The notes: generated from the letters alone by a model not told the origin. A stretch of DNA of 64,000 bases from an uncultured Nitrososphaeraceae archaeon (GCA_963825865.1 CAWGVG010000036.1:1-64000), one strand, 5' to 3'. Positions 45,702-58,010 are shown, counted from the first letter of the stretch. Numbers and translations: made by a program.

Positions 45702-47525
45702 ATGAATCGATTTCCTACAGGAGCAAAGAAAATAGGTATTATTTCTATAATTTTAGTTGTTATCATCTCTTATGGCCTCTTCTTTTACCTTCAATATATG
45801 ACTGAAAATAATATTAGAAACAGTTTATTTGAGCAACAAAAACAGCGTCAGATAGAATCTACAAAAGCCCTCTCGCAACACGTTAGTGCAGACCTCGACT
45901 CTATTATGGCTAGGCTTCAGGATTTAGCAAACTCCGCAATTTTACAGCAAGGGGATTTATCTAACAATAAAACTAAAAAGATCGCCGAGGAAAGATATTT
46001 TCAAATTAATTCTCTGGTGGATAGACTTTTCATAGCAGATAAAAATAACATTATAACGTTAAATTTAGCTCCAAAAGGACAAAAGACTTTTGTTGGCGCC
46101 AATATTTCGGATTTGGATAATATAAGAAAAAGTAAAATCGAACAAACGCCAATATTTTCAAATGGCTATGTCGGATTAGATGGCAAATACAGAATAGCCA
46201 TAGTCTATCCAATAATAAAAAGAGACACTGGAGAATACATTGGATTAGTAGCATCGACAATACCTACAGTAGAGTTCTTTTCCCACCATGGAAACGTTCA
46301 CGATATAAATTCACAATTTTTGGTGGTTTATGATAGAAATGCAACTATGTTGGCTAATGGTGCAAGCGAAGCCTTGGTAGGTAAGAACTTTTTTGGAGAT
46401 TATACTCAACGCTTTATCGGCCATAATCAATCTTCTAGATAATCTAACCCATAATCTATTAGCAGGTAATTCAAGCTATGCAGTTTATAACTATGGAAAA
46501 GGTGAAAGATTGACCACTGGGATATCCAGTTCTTGTGGATGGCAAGCCTACATACTTTATTCAGATTGTAACACCTTCTGCTACTATTTATTCACAGATT
46601 AATGGTGTTCTTTTTACAGAAAGAATAAGCATGTTCTCGCTCCTTGCTGGTACTACGGCTGCAGTGGCAGTTCTAATATTATTTCTTATTAGATGGAACA
46701 GCAGATTAGACAAAGAAGTTAAAAAAAGAACAAAAGAATTGGAAGAATCAAATAAACAGCTTACGCTAGCTAATGAACAATTAAATCTTCGTGATAAAAT
46801 GCAAAAGGAGTTTATCAATATAGCAGCTCATGAGTTGAGAACTCCTATTCAACCGCTTCTTAGCCTAACCCAAATTATTCGCTCTAAAGTAAAAGACGCC
46901 GAACAAGGCGAGTTACTAGATAGTGTTATCAGAAATGCAAAAAGACTGCAGCGACTTGCTGAAGATATACTAGATATTACAAGGATTGAAAGCCAGTCAT
47001 TAAAGCTCAATAAAGAATTATTCAATCTAAATGATTTGATATTAAATGTTGTGCAAGACTATAGAAATCAGCTCGAAAAAGATAATGATGATAATCATAT
47101 TCGTATTACCTTGTTATGCGAATTTAGGAATGACGATATTTTTTTTGTAGAAGCAGACAGATATAGGCTTACACAAGTTATTTCTAATCTACTAAGCAAT
47201 GCTATTAAATTCATTAGAAGAGAAGGAGGAGAAGGAGGAGAAGGAGGAACTGTATCCATTATATTAGAAAAGAAAGAAGATAATCAACAAAAAGTCCTTG
47301 TTAGTGTAAAGGATAGTGGTCCTGGCATACATAGCGATATTATACCAAGGCTATTTTCTAAATTTGCGACAAAATCTGAAAAAGGAACAGGATTGGGTTT
47401 GTTTATTTCAAAAAGTATTGTACAAGCTCATGGTGGGAGAATATGGGCTGAAAATAATGCGGATGGTAGAAAAAGGAGCTACGTTTTACCTTAGCCTGCC
47501 GCTTGCCAGTACAAGATCTGAATAA
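45702..47525 (+). CDS. Membrane Cache-domain sensor histidine kinase (frameshifts)
   Basis: TM + extracellular Cache-like region + TM; EFINIAAHELRTP, NLLSNAIKF, DSGPG, GTGLGLFI. Confidence 0.9.
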
Positions 47526-47728
47526 AGATGTAAAGGATCAATCACTATTAAAGAGCAAGAAATAAGAACAGAAACAGAAAGATATTTTTTTATTCTACAA
47601 CTATTCATTTAGTTTAGAAATTATTCCTGTTGTCATTACTAATGAGAGTGTACGAGTGTGTCTCTATCTATGAATAATTTTTTATATATGAATAGAAAAA
47701 AAAGAATTGTAAATTATATTTTTAAACT

Positions 47729-47857
47729 TTAGTATGCATAAGCGCCATCTGCTGGCCTGCATTGATTGCATAGTCTTATTTCTTTTTTACCATCTTCTGA
47801 TTTTACTGTCATGACTTCAACATTATCCATCCCACAGCGATCACATTTACCTGTCAT
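47729..47857 (-). CDS. Small Zn-finger protein (~42 aa, one frameshift in an A-run), not in ORF track
   Basis: MTGKCDRCGMDNVEVMTVKSEDGK..IRLCNQCRPADGAYAY*. Confidence 0.6.
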   Translation of the reverse strand: MTGKCDRCGMDNVEVMTVKSEDGKKEIRLCNQCRPADGAYAY

Positions 47858-48486
47858 ATTTTATATATCATTAATCAACGTGATCAATAAAGGATTTTTA
47901 GCTTTTTAACATATTTAAAGTAAAACTAATTACTACTCCCAAAGCATGATTTTTTAACCATATTAAGTCGATTTTTTGTTTATCGCCTTTGAACTTACTC
48001 CTCCGCTTTGAGTGAAATAGAATTAAAGATAGTGGCAGAAGCTACTGGGATGGTCATGATAGACACACACACTCAAGAGTTAAGTCTGCTTTCTTTCTCT
48101 GTCTCTTTTATACACACCAAATTCCCGTCTTTTTTCTTTCGGTAAATCTACTACTAAAATGACAATGATGTAAAGTTCAATGGTTGTTGTCCTCAATACA
48201 GCAAGTTAACATTAAAAAGTGTGAATATTGTTTCGTTAATAATAATATTGTCTACAAGAACAAGAACAAAAACAACTTTTAACAATACCAATACTCCAGC
48301 GGCATCATTTAAGAATTGCAATAAACTTTTGTTTGGATATAGGTACAATGGTATTGAGAAGATGATTATTGGAGAAGTATTAATGCCTCTTCATTTTAAT
48401 TATTATTATTATTGTTATTATTGCTTGATAGACGATATTAGTTATGTATCATATGATGTTTTACAAAGTGGTGCATTCTAGCTCAG

Positions 48487-50199
48487 ATGCCATTACAAAG
48501 TTATTTTCCCCTTCCAAATATGAGAGACAAGCAGGAGAAAATGCTTTTAGAAATTGAACAGGCCTTAAATTCAGGATTCAAACACATCTTTTTGGAAGCA
48601 CCTACCGGATTTGGAAAAAGTCCAGTGGCTATTGCATTAGCTAGATACCTCGGAAGTTCGCATATCTGTACGGCTACTAAGGATTTACAAGGCCAATATT
48701 GTAGAGATTTTCCTTTTATCCGTGAAGTCAAAGGTAAAACTAACTTTCTGTGCATAGTAAATGACGAGATGGGTCTGGACGAAACCTGTGAGTATGGTCC
48801 TTGTATGAAGGATGACAGTTATGATTGCGTTTACAAAACCAGACTGGCTGACTACAAAGTAGAAGCTGAAGGTACAAATTATGAAACGGTGGATCTAGAT
48901 AATTTTGCCAAGAAAAAATATATTGACAAGATGAAATCCCAGCCAAAGATTGTAGAACTTCCTGAATGGAAACCCTGTCACTATTATCATCAAAAATGGA
49001 TCGCCGTTAGATCTACTCATACCATTTACAATTACAAGTATTTTCTTTCTGACCTTTTCTATTCAGGCAATGTGCAACGGAGAAAGCTTCTCGTTCTTGA
49101 TGAGGCACATACAGTAGAGTCTGAAGTGGCAGATTTTAAAAGTTTTACAATTTATAAAGATGCCCTTACACGCCTTATTCCAAAATTGCGAATTCCTGAT
49201 AAGAAGGAGTATGAGATCGAAACATGGATAGATTTTGGATATGAATTAAGGAACGAACTCCTAGATTTTATTGATAAAGCCAGTATCGTATTAGAAAGTA
49301 ACAAGCCTTATGAGCCATTTACAGAAAAAAATCTTATTGAAGCTTTAACAAAGGAGAAAAATTTGGCTGCGGTAGTTGAAGACATGAAATGTAATAAAGA
49401 CAACTGGATTGTTACAAACGTAGAAAAGGGCACAAACAACCAACTACAGAAAATAGTACTTACGCCATTGGATGTCTCAAGTTACTTTAACGATATTCTC
49501 AGTATGGGAACAGTATCTCTGTTTATGAGTGCAACAATTCTAAGCAAAGATTATCTATGCAAAATTGCAGGACTGAAATCAGATCAAGTAACGTTTATTC
49601 GTGTTCAGCAGTCGGATTTTCCAATTAAAAATAGACCAATTTATCTAATGAATATTGCATGGCTTAATGCTAAAACAATAGGCCAAAGTTTACCCACGAT
49701 CGCCAGTGCTGTTAACAATATTATGAGTATGCATAAGAATGAAAAGGGAATTATACATACAACTTCCTACTCCCAGCTACAGTTCATAAAGGATAATATA
49801 AGCAAGGAAAATGCGGTCAGACTTATAGAAACTGGACCAAGATTTGATCGGAATGAGGTACTGCAAAAGCATTCGCAAGGTACAAAACCTACCGTATTAA
49901 TATCTCCATCGTTATATCTGGGTGTAGACCTGAAAGGTTATCTTTCTAGATTCCAAATCATTGTAAAAGTACCGTATCCCGATCTTACCGACAGAAAGAT
50001 TTCTGCAATGAAACAAAGAGATCCAAAATGGTATACTTGGAATACCATTCTAAGGTTAGTTCAAGCATATGGTAGGAGCGTTAGAAGTAAAGATGATTTT
50101 GCAAATACTTACGTCCTTGATAGCAGTATATCATATTTGCTAAAAGAGGCACATGAAATATTGCCAAAATGGTTCTCAGATGCTATAATACAAAGGTAA
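48487..50199 (+). CDS. DinG/XPD (Rad3)-family SF2 helicase
   Basis: RDKQ Q-motif, EAPTGFGKS, Fe-S Cys region, DEAH, MSAT, GVDL, QAYGRSVRSKDD. Confidence 0.93.
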   Translation: MPLQSYFPLPNMRDKQEKMLLEIEQALNSGFKHIFLEAPTGFGKSPVAIALARYLGSSHICTATKDLQGQYCRDFPFIREVKGKTNFLCIVNDEMGLDETCEYGPCMKDDSYDCVYKTRLADYKVEAEGTNYETVDLDNFAKKKYIDKMKSQPKIVELPEWKPCHYYHQKWIAVRSTHTIYNYKYFLSDLFYSGNVQRRKLLVLDEAHTVESEVADFKSFTIYKDALTRLIPKLRIPDKKEYEIETWIDFGYELRNELLDFIDKASIVLESNKPYEPFTEKNLIEALTKEKNLAAVVEDMKCNKDNWIVTNVEKGTNNQLQKIVLTPLDVSSYFNDILSMGTVSLFMSATILSKDYLCKIAGLKSDQVTFIRVQQSDFPIKNRPIYLMNIAWLNAKTIGQSLPTIASAVNNIMSMHKNEKGIIHTTSYSQLQFIKDNISKENAVRLIETGPRFDRNEVLQKHSQGTKPTVLISPSLYLGVDLKGYLSRFQIIVKVPYPDLTDRKISAMKQRDPKWYTWNTILRLVQAYGRSVRSKDDFANTYVLDSSISYLLKEAHEILPKWFSDAIIQR

Positions 50200-50279
50200 T
50201 AGGGCCTGATAGTATCCATGTTGTGTATCTATTCGACCAGACCAACTATACAATAATACACATTTATCACAGAATGTAA

Positions 50280-50815
50280 TTGATGGATTAGTAGTTGTAA
50301 CTTCTACTGAATTATCATAAGCATTTACATTGATATTCTGTTTGTTGGCACCTGGTATTTCTACTATGACTTTTACTTCTTTATCTGTACTTATTACATC
50401 TGCCAAAGGTTCTCATTAAGATGAAATCATTGGTCTTGTAAAGGAGCCTCCACCACTACCAACATCACCACCATGTAATGGTGATTTGACATTGCCAAAT
50501 TCCCTTACTTTTGGTTTACCATTAGGTCCAATAGTCATTGAATATCCATAAACAAATGGCCCATATTCTCTTACCTTACCCCCTCCAGTTGTTTCATATT
50601 CCCTTACTAGATCCTTTGGGGCTCTATTCTCTAAGTCTTTAAACTGTTCTTCAAATTCTCTTTCCATTTCCCTTCTCATCTCATCGAATCCTCCAAAAAA
50701 TATCAGGGAAACCAAAAAATCCTTCTCTCACTCTGCCGCTTCGTCTACTACTACCATGAAAGGATCTATTGAACCAATCAAATGGCTCTATGTCGCGATC
50801 TTCTGACGAACTCAT
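50280..50815 (-). pseudogene. hsp20: Archaeal Hsp20, frameshifted and 3'-truncated
   Basis: GPFVYGYSMTIGPNGKPKVREFGN; EPLADVI..VEIPGANKQNINVNA. Confidence 0.85.
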
Positions 50816-51149
50816 ATGGATTATCCCAGTACTAATTCTGATAGAGTCTTAAATATTTAATTTCTTAGAGCTGTATATACTTGTAGTAATAGGTATTGCA
50901 AAAATGAATTTGGGAAATCTATATTGATCAATATGACGACCAACTCCTTACAACAACATAAAGCCTTTATTTTCTATTGATTAAATTCGAGCTACTAACA
51001 CGTCACAGAGTATTAGATTTGATTCTAATGAGCTCAGCTATCAATTACAAAAACAAAAGGTTTAGAGGAAAAATGGACTATCAACAAGAAAATTGCGGGA
51101 CTGCAGATCCTATAAGGGCTCTATACTTATATCACGGAAACATCCGAAC

Positions 51150-51492
51150 ATGCTTGTGAAATTTGAATTTGAACAGTTTTCCACCATAGAGGATGTTTTT
51201 CTATACCTTGTATCAGTTGCTCCCTACATGAAACAGATTCTTCCTGTAAGCTCATACAAGGGTTATGTATTTTCCTTTGTACCTTTAACTCAGCTATCTG
51301 GGGACGTGGTGACATGGTCTATACTAAAGGCAGCATCGACGCAGGGATGGTGGAGTTTGACATTTCTACTAAAAAATACAAGTCAGTTACTGGGTTGAGC
51401 GCGCTGATAAGAATTATTTTATTATCCTGATACCAAAGAGTACGAGTATCTCAGATAGTGCGATTGCACAGTTGGAATCTAGCAAAAAGTAG
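51150..51492 (+). CDS. Conserved hypothetical protein (frameshifted)
   Basis: MLVKFEFEQFSTIEDVFLYLVSVAPYMKQILPVSSYKGYVF..VEFDISTKKY..ERADKNYFIILIPK. Confidence 0.6.
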
Positions 51493-51905
51493 TGTCTCGG
51501 CACTCGGTAGTCTGAACATAAGAAAATCAACTAATTTAGACATAAAAAAGCATTAGACTAGTTGGGACTGCACAACTATAGATCCAAGTAGTCTATATAC
51601 TGCATCATATGTGTCCATCTGACATGATTAGATTTTAGAGTTATTTGCTAGTCGTTTCACTATATATTATATCTCAAACATAAAGTTCGCTACGCACTTT
51701 ATGTTAATTATATGTAGGACATAGAAAAAATTAAATCGTATTTCTAGCGTTTAATGCGCTTTAAATGATGCGATTCTTGCTTTCAATATAACTTCTCTAG
51801 TTTCACAGTATTCTAAGCTACATGTTGAGAAATGGATTTCAATAGAATAAAATTCTAAATATACTTATATGGTTGACACATCCTTTTACATTACACACAT
51901 AAAAG

Positions 51906-52319
51906 ATGTCTGCTGATAGTAATAGTATTAATAATGATACTCATCCTAATAAACAAAGGAGAATTTTAATTGTAGATGATGAACCAGATATAATTTTAGT
52001 CTTCGAGATGGTTTTAAAAATGAGTGGTTTTGAAGTTGATGCGTATAATGATCCTCTATTAGCATTATCTAATTTCAAGCCAAATTCGTATGGTCTGGTA
52101 TTATTAGACATTAGAATGCCTAAGATTAATGGATTTGAATTATATACAAAAATGAGAAATATCGATGATAAGATCAAAGTATGTTTTATGACCGCATTTG
52201 AAGATTATCACCAAGAGTTTAAGGAATCATTTCCAACATTAGATGAAGTAAAATGCTTTATTAGAAAGCCAAAAGCAATAGAAGATCTGGTAGAGCACGT
52301 AGCAAACATTCTAGGTTAA
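51906..52319 (+). CDS. Stand-alone response regulator receiver
   Basis: ILIVDDEPDI, LLDIRMPKINGFELY, FMTAFE, FIRKP. Confidence 0.92.
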   Translation: MSADSNSINNDTHPNKQRRILIVDDEPDIILVFEMVLKMSGFEVDAYNDPLLALSNFKPNSYGLVLLDIRMPKINGFELYTKMRNIDDKIKVCFMTAFEDYHQEFKESFPTLDEVKCFIRKPKAIEDLVEHVANILG

Positions 52320-52439
52320 GTTACTACACACTTAGTTAGTTGTTATTTATAATCGCATTGAAAGCTATCCTGTTAAATCAATATAATATAAACCTTATAT
52401 CATATATCGTGTATAAAATTAGAGGTAGAAAAACAGACA

Positions 52440-52628
52440 ATGTTAACCATATCATGCAAAGAAGCAGGTGAAGAGAACTGTGACTATGTAGCAAAAGGAA
52501 ATACAGAGCAAGAGCTGATGGAAGATGGATTCAAACATGCTAAAGAAGTCCATGGCTTTACAGATGAACAGGTAGAAAAGGAGAAGCAGAACCTAGATTT
52601 TTATAGAAAACTTATCAAAGAAGTTTAA
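52440..52628 (+). CDS. DUF1059 small metal-binding protein
   Basis: ISCKEAGEENCDYVAKG..HAKEVHG. Confidence 0.85.
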   Translation: MLTISCKEAGEENCDYVAKGNTEQELMEDGFKHAKEVHGFTDEQVEKEKQNLDFYRKLIKEV

Positions 52629-52782
52629 GACCAATAACCCTTTTTACTTTTTCTTCTTATAATTCACTAATCACCGTTCTTCTTTTAAGAAAAGCATAAA
52701 TATATGGTGCCTTACTTGGCCGTCAAACTATACTACTGGTGTCTGACCTTTCATTTATCGTGAGTTGATATTCGTCATATTA

Positions 52783-52833
52783 ATCGGTCGATGCATATAA
52801 ACGAATCATAAGTATAAATATGTATCGGTCGAT
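52783..52833. promoter_or_regulatory. Two ATCGGTCGAT boxes flanking a TATA box
   Basis: Boxes at 52783 and 52824, TATAAATA at 52813, just upstream of the AbrB-like gene. Confidence 0.6.
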
Positions 52834-52851
52834 ATAATAGACGATAAATAA

Positions 52852-53094
52852 TTGGTATTGTTAACTAAAGTGGCTTCAGCCAAGAAAGGTACAAAGTCAT
52901 TAAAAACAACCATTCCAGAAGGAATAGCAGAATATTTGGAGATCTCAGACAAAGATGAATTACAATGGAAAATGGATATGCAAGATAATCAAAGAGTAGC
53001 CGTAGTAAACAAAAAGTCGAAAGAAAAAGACAGTATAGAGCTCGCAAGATATTCCATAAAACAAAAACGAAATAAATTAAGTGGTGTATATTAA
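52852..53094 (+). CDS. AbrB/MazE/SpoVT-like DNA-binding protein
   Basis: TKSLKTTIPEGIAEYLEISDKDELQW. Confidence 0.8.
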   Translation: MVLLTKVASAKKGTKSLKTTIPEGIAEYLEISDKDELQWKMDMQDNQRVAVVNKKSKEKDSIELARYSIKQKRNKLSGVY

Positions 53095-53454
53095 ATGAGT
53101 GACGATGAGAATTCGGATTATAAATCGTTAGTTGACAACCCAGAGATCTTTAAAAAATTCATGATTGGTATTAGAGGAGGTTATTCTAAAAAATTTGACC
53201 TAGTTAAAAAAGCGCGTGAAACTCTGCCAGAGACTTTTTCAACAAGAGATTTTGCAAATCAGATGTTGCTAGCATTAGAGGCGAACTACTCAGACCAAAT
53301 AGTTTTCCTCGACGTTCTACAAGCAATAGTACAAAACAACAGTAAAAAGATACAACGTTTAAATAACAGAGTTAAACAAGGGCAAAAAATTGCTAATTGG
53401 TGGGATAGATTATTTGAGGATGAATCTAAGGATGCTGATAAAAAAAATGAATGA
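53095..53454 (+). CDS. Hypothetical protein co-transcribed with AbrB-like gene
   Basis: ATG directly after the AbrB stop; clean 119-aa ORF. Confidence 0.65.
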   Translation: MSDDENSDYKSLVDNPEIFKKFMIGIRGGYSKKFDLVKKARETLPETFSTRDFANQMLLALEANYSDQIVFLDVLQAIVQNNSKKIQRLNNRVKQGQKIANWWDRLFEDESKDADKKNE

Positions 53455-53590
53455 TATGATGGATGAATGGCGTGAGGTTAGGCGGATGAAAAGACTTAAC
53501 CAAGAATTATATGATTTATTGGGCGGATCTATTATCTTCATTCTTGGATATTCAAAGAAAAACAAAATTCTTAATTGCCATTCTAGATAA
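53447..53590 (+). pseudogene. Small hypothetical protein, probably truncated
   Basis: MNDMMDEWREVRRMKRLNQELYDLLGGSIIFILGYSKKN overlaps the previous stop. Confidence 0.45.
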
Positions 53591-53890
53591 AAGTATTAGT
53601 TATGTATATTGTCTATGTGTTAGTTATGCCATCGTAAAAATTCCTGAAATTGGATGATGTTACCAATAACTAATAACGATAATACAACGAAACATAATTG
53701 GAAAGCAACAAGATAGCAGAACAAGACGCAAGTAGGTCTATATCTGAAGATTGTTATTCATTGAAGATAAAGCATCTGGGTCTGAGGCTGCTGTTGCGAC
53801 GACTACTTTTACTACAATAACAGCAGATGTTCCACCTGATAACACAACAATAAACCAAAAAAAGAACCCGATAAAACTTATTAAAAACTT

Positions 53891-54253
53891 GTGAGCAACC
53901 CATTTGTGAAAAAGCTCGAAATATATATCCCTGAGGAGAATCTTTCTGAAGTAACGGAAATTCTGCATAAACATGGTGTTGGAGGTGTGAGTCTTTCTGA
54001 GATCAAGGGAAGAGGAAAGCTTCCACATGAACCAGTTCCAGAAACGGTAAGATTCTACATGACTAGCAAAAAAATCGTCCCTGAATATGTATCCAGACAT
54101 AAAATTGAATCTATAGTATCTGAATCATCGACAAAGCCTATTATTGACGATCTTTTTCAGTTAAAACCTGCTCGTGCCAAAGTCTTTGTGTATGATATTT
54201 TAGAAGCGTACGATCTTGTGTCAAAGGCCAGTGGAGAAGATGCTTTAACTTAG
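53891..54253 (+). CDS. Divergent P-II family signalling protein
   Basis: KKLEIYI..LSEVTEIL..GVGGVSLSEIKGRG..KIESIV..KVFVYDILEAY..GEDAL. Confidence 0.85.
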   Translation: MSNPFVKKLEIYIPEENLSEVTEILHKHGVGGVSLSEIKGRGKLPHEPVPETVRFYMTSKKIVPEYVSRHKIESIVSESSTKPIIDDLFQLKPARAKVFVYDILEAYDLVSKASGEDALT

Positions 54254-54934
54254 AGCAGATGTTAGAAATAGAGAGGAATATATATGCAAACTAATGAGCC
54301 TGACATCAATATATACACGAATAGTTGATGTCGACTGAATCATCACAAAACAAGTGGATAAAATAAACATCATTCAGGTAATGCCAATAATAACAATACA
54401 CGTTATTCGGCTGTACACGTATCTTCAGTTCTTGCCTACCCGTTTTTAATTCATCGCAAGCAAAACCAAGCTAGTAGATAAGGCGTGTCATTTCGCCTTT
54501 GGCACTGCTATTATAGCCCGGCCCGGCAAAGAGTACCTTCAATCCCTTCTTTTGTGGCCAATTGGTTTTTCATGCAAAATATTTCTTGTCTTTACTAATG
54601 ATATGTTTTTTCAAAGTCATCCTTGTAGATACGAATATGCGATTTGAATGCCTGTCCTACTTTAAACTCTTCAAATTTCAAATCTTATTTTGAAAACTAT
54701 GGCATTAAACTCTATGTATATTTTAACTACCATGATGGCTACTTAGAAACTAAGCACTAGCGGCGGAGAAGGAAGCGAAATAGATGATTCTTCTCTTTGA
54801 GATTAATCAAGAGATTGGGTGTACAAGATGTTCATAAATCATACATAAGTAATGTCGATGATTATTGATGCATCGAGTGCTAGTACTAGTGCACTTAAGT
54901 AGATTAATGATTAATAATTAATAGATTGTAAGCT

Positions 54935-55363
54935 ATGACAGAAAGTGAAGATAATAAAGGTGAACGGTACAAAACTAACTCCACGTCCTCTCCATCTGAT
55001 CGGCTATCGATCCTCTCCGGACATCAATATGTCAACCTTGAAACGTACAGAAGAAACGGACAGGCAACGGCAACACCCGTATGGTTCACAATTGATGGTA
55101 ACAGGATTTTTGTCGTGACTAGGAGCAAGACAGGAAAGGTCAAGCGTCTGCGAAATAACTCAAAAGTCCGTATCGTGCGATCCGGCATGAGAGGAGAACC
55201 CAAGGGCGAATGGCTCAATGGAAAAGCAATTTTTGCGACTCCAGAAGAGCTAGAACGTGCATTGAAACAAAGAAACAAGAAATATGGATTTAAGGCGAGA
55301 CTATCCGGCTTGTTTTCTAGAACTAAAGGTGACTTGATTGGGATCGTAATCTCTCTTGACTGA
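54935..55363 (+). CDS. PPOX-class F420-dependent oxidoreductase
   Basis: YVNLETYRRNGQATATPVWF..GKVKRLRNNSKVRI..KKYG. Confidence 0.9.
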   Translation: MTESEDNKGERYKTNSTSSPSDRLSILSGHQYVNLETYRRNGQATATPVWFTIDGNRIFVVTRSKTGKVKRLRNNSKVRIVRSGMRGEPKGEWLNGKAIFATPEELERALKQRNKKYGFKARLSGLFSRTKGDLIGIVISLD

Positions 55364-55473
55364 AGCCACGCACGATAATGATTGAAAACTACTACTATTC
55401 TGATAACATGCACTTTGACTATTCACATGACTGCTAAATGGGGAAATTCATCCAGGTGATGACATAAGCTATC

Positions 55474-55620
55474 ATGAGCATTGTATTGTTCGCTGCTAAC
55501 GGAACCATTGGTCAGCGTATCGCCAAAGAAGCGCTATCTAGGGGTCATAATGTGAAGGGAGTTGTACGTGACCCAGCGCGTTTACATTTACCCATAAGCA
55601 TCTCACTGTCACGAAGGGAA
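55474..55620 (+). pseudogene. NAD(P)H-binding Rossmann protein, N-terminal fragment
   Basis: MSIVLFAANGTIGQRIAKEALSRGHNVKGVVRDP. Confidence 0.7.
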
Positions 55621-56211
55621 GACCGGCCCTGATGGATTTTTGTATATTATCATATGGAAATGGATATATATATATATAAATTGTGCCTTCAAGTTGAGAG
55701 CACTTTTTGCCTCCAAATTGACCTTAGATACTCCTAATCAATTCGTCTAATGTCCTGTTGTAAGGACAACTCTCTAAACCGTGCCATGTCACTCATCATG
55801 AGCTTTTGAATAGTTCATCTTAGCCCTTCATTATCCCAATAGCAGAACTCATCACTGATGCCAGGTAAAAGGTTCTGTATATTCATGTATTTTTGTCCCA
55901 AGATTTCAAAGATGAATCAATCTCTTTCTTAAATCTTATGCTGCTCGATAGCTATATACTATTTTTCACCTGCTTTAGTATCAAATCTTATACTGTATTT
56001 TATCTTTAGATAGATGAAAAAGGGATATGTTAAAGATTTTATTTATGTTCGTTTGATTATAATAAATGTTAGTATCAATGTTAAATGAATAACTACATCT
56101 CCTTAGATACTCAAGATAATTCTACAAAATAAGTTAGCACTAAATTATGCTAAATAAATCAGCAGTAACTTACTCAAGTCAAATATACGGATGATATCAT
56201 ATTAAGTAAAT

Positions 56212-57459
56212 ATGAACAACATAGTTATCACTATAGTACTGGTTCTTGGCTTATTTCTCTTTGTTGTTCTTTTGACAAATACAATCATTATATATGCTCA
56301 ACAGCAGATGCCACCATCATCAAATACACCACCACATACACCATCGCAATCACCATCATCTTCTCCTAAAGCTGTTAAAATAATATCGCCTACTAAAGGT
56401 CAACAGATGCCAGTAGGAAAAGACCTTACAATATCTGGAACATCTACAGATAATGCAACATCTAATTGTCAAGTGTCTATGAGTGTAAATCATGTAAAAC
56501 CATACCAACCAGCTACTGCAGCAGGCATAGCAGGAGCCAACGACTACTCAAAATGGAACTTTGTACTTACCTCTAATTATGCTACAATAAGACCTGGACC
56601 AGATAATAGAATTACCGCAAAGTATACTTGTACAGACAACCCAGCCATGCTATCACCCACTTATTCTAGTGTAAACGTTACCGGGGTAATGGATACTGCT
56701 TCAACAACATCAACAGCAGCAACAACAACAACACCTACTGCTAACTTACTACTACTACAACAACAACAACAAAAGCAACAAACAATGACAACAAGTAATA
56801 ATGCAACCACTATAAGTAATGGAAATCCCAATAAAGCAACACCACAATACAAGCCATCATTAACTATGGGCAACAATAATACTGCTGCCATAGTAAATAG
56901 TGTTAGTACACTTCCTCCTCCTGTACCAACACCTGCAAATACTCTGGATTCCGGTAAGTTACTTTACCTTGGTATTAATAGTAAATCGGCTAACAAAGAC
57001 GACAATACTAAATCATCTAACAAAGACGACAATACTAAATCAGCAATAGTTCATCATAGTAGTAGTAATGATGATAATTCTTTTGATACTACTGCTAAGA
57101 TAAAAACTCAACATACAAGTAGTAGTAGTAGTAGCGATAAACCAACCAAAAAAACAAATACTTTTAGTAATAATATTGCTGAGCACCACAGCATAAAACC
57201 AAGTACTACAAAGGTAAAAACCTCACATAGCAGTGACAAATCAACAAATAGTGATAAATCAACAAAGACAATGAGTATTACTTCTACTGATACTGAGCAC
57301 CACAGCATAAAACCAAGTACTACAAAGGTAAAAACCTCACATAGCAGTGACAAATCAAATGATGGAGGAAGAGTTATTGATTCAGAGTTTGGTCATTCGG
57401 ATCCTCTGTCTGAAGGTTTAGATCATATGTCTGATACTTTAGATCATCTATTTGGATAG
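56212..57459 (+). CDS. Secreted/surface low-complexity protein, paralogue of 13003-14411 with different repeats
   Basis: Near-identical first ~280 aa; repeats EHHSIKPSTTKVKTSHSSDKS x2 and NKDDNTKS x2. Confidence 0.8.
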   Translation: MNNIVITIVLVLGLFLFVVLLTNTIIIYAQQQMPPSSNTPPHTPSQSPSSSPKAVKIISPTKGQQMPVGKDLTISGTSTDNATSNCQVSMSVNHVKPYQPATAAGIAGANDYSKWNFVLTSNYATIRPGPDNRITAKYTCTDNPAMLSPTYSSVNVTGVMDTASTTSTAATTTTPTANLLLLQQQQQKQQTMTTSNNATTISNGNPNKATPQYKPSLTMGNNNTAAIVNSVSTLPPPVPTPANTLDSGKLLYLGINSKSANKDDNTKSSNKDDNTKSAIVHHSSSNDDNSFDTTAKIKTQHTSSSSSSDKPTKKTNTFSNNIAEHHSIKPSTTKVKTSHSSDKSTNSDKSTKTMSITSTDTEHHSIKPSTTKVKTSHSSDKSNDGGRVIDSEFGHSDPLSEGLDHMSDTLDHLFG

Positions 57460-57655
57460 CCGAATATGACCTAGCCAGTATCACTTTCATTTTCACCCGT
57501 TCAATGAAATGTTGTAAGACTCAATACACTTATGCTACCAGGTTAAAGCGAGCAAATAGGCTAAAACCACTTTAACTAAAGTATTCAACGCAATAGCGTT
57601 ATGTTATCAATTATTAGTAACATATATCATTGCAATTTGCCTTCAGTCACTGGTT

Positions 57656-58010
57656 CTAATTTCTCTGGATTATCTGCATAAGGTCAAAACTCTTACCTTT
57701 ATCTCTTATACAACCTCTGTTTGTAATAAATTTTGATCTCATGGGAAAAATGTAACTATAATATGATTTATGCTCAATTGGAAGAGATCTAGATTCTATA
57801 GCTTCGCAATCAATTCCAATTTCTCTTATTTCTTCGGCTAATCTTTCATTCAGATTTATTCTTCTAATGGTAGTTTCAGTAGGCAACTCAGATCTTTCAT
57901 GTTTTTATGGCTTTCTCTTTGCCAATGGTCTTTGCTCTTTTAATAATTGTCCCGTTTCTATCGATTTGACAGAAACTGATTTCTCTTCATCCTCTGAAGA
58001 CCACTTCATA
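57656..58010 (-). CDS. Hypothetical protein (frameshifted)
   Basis: MKWSSEDEEKSVSVKSIETG.. joins MPTETTIRRINLNERLAEEI. Confidence 0.4.
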
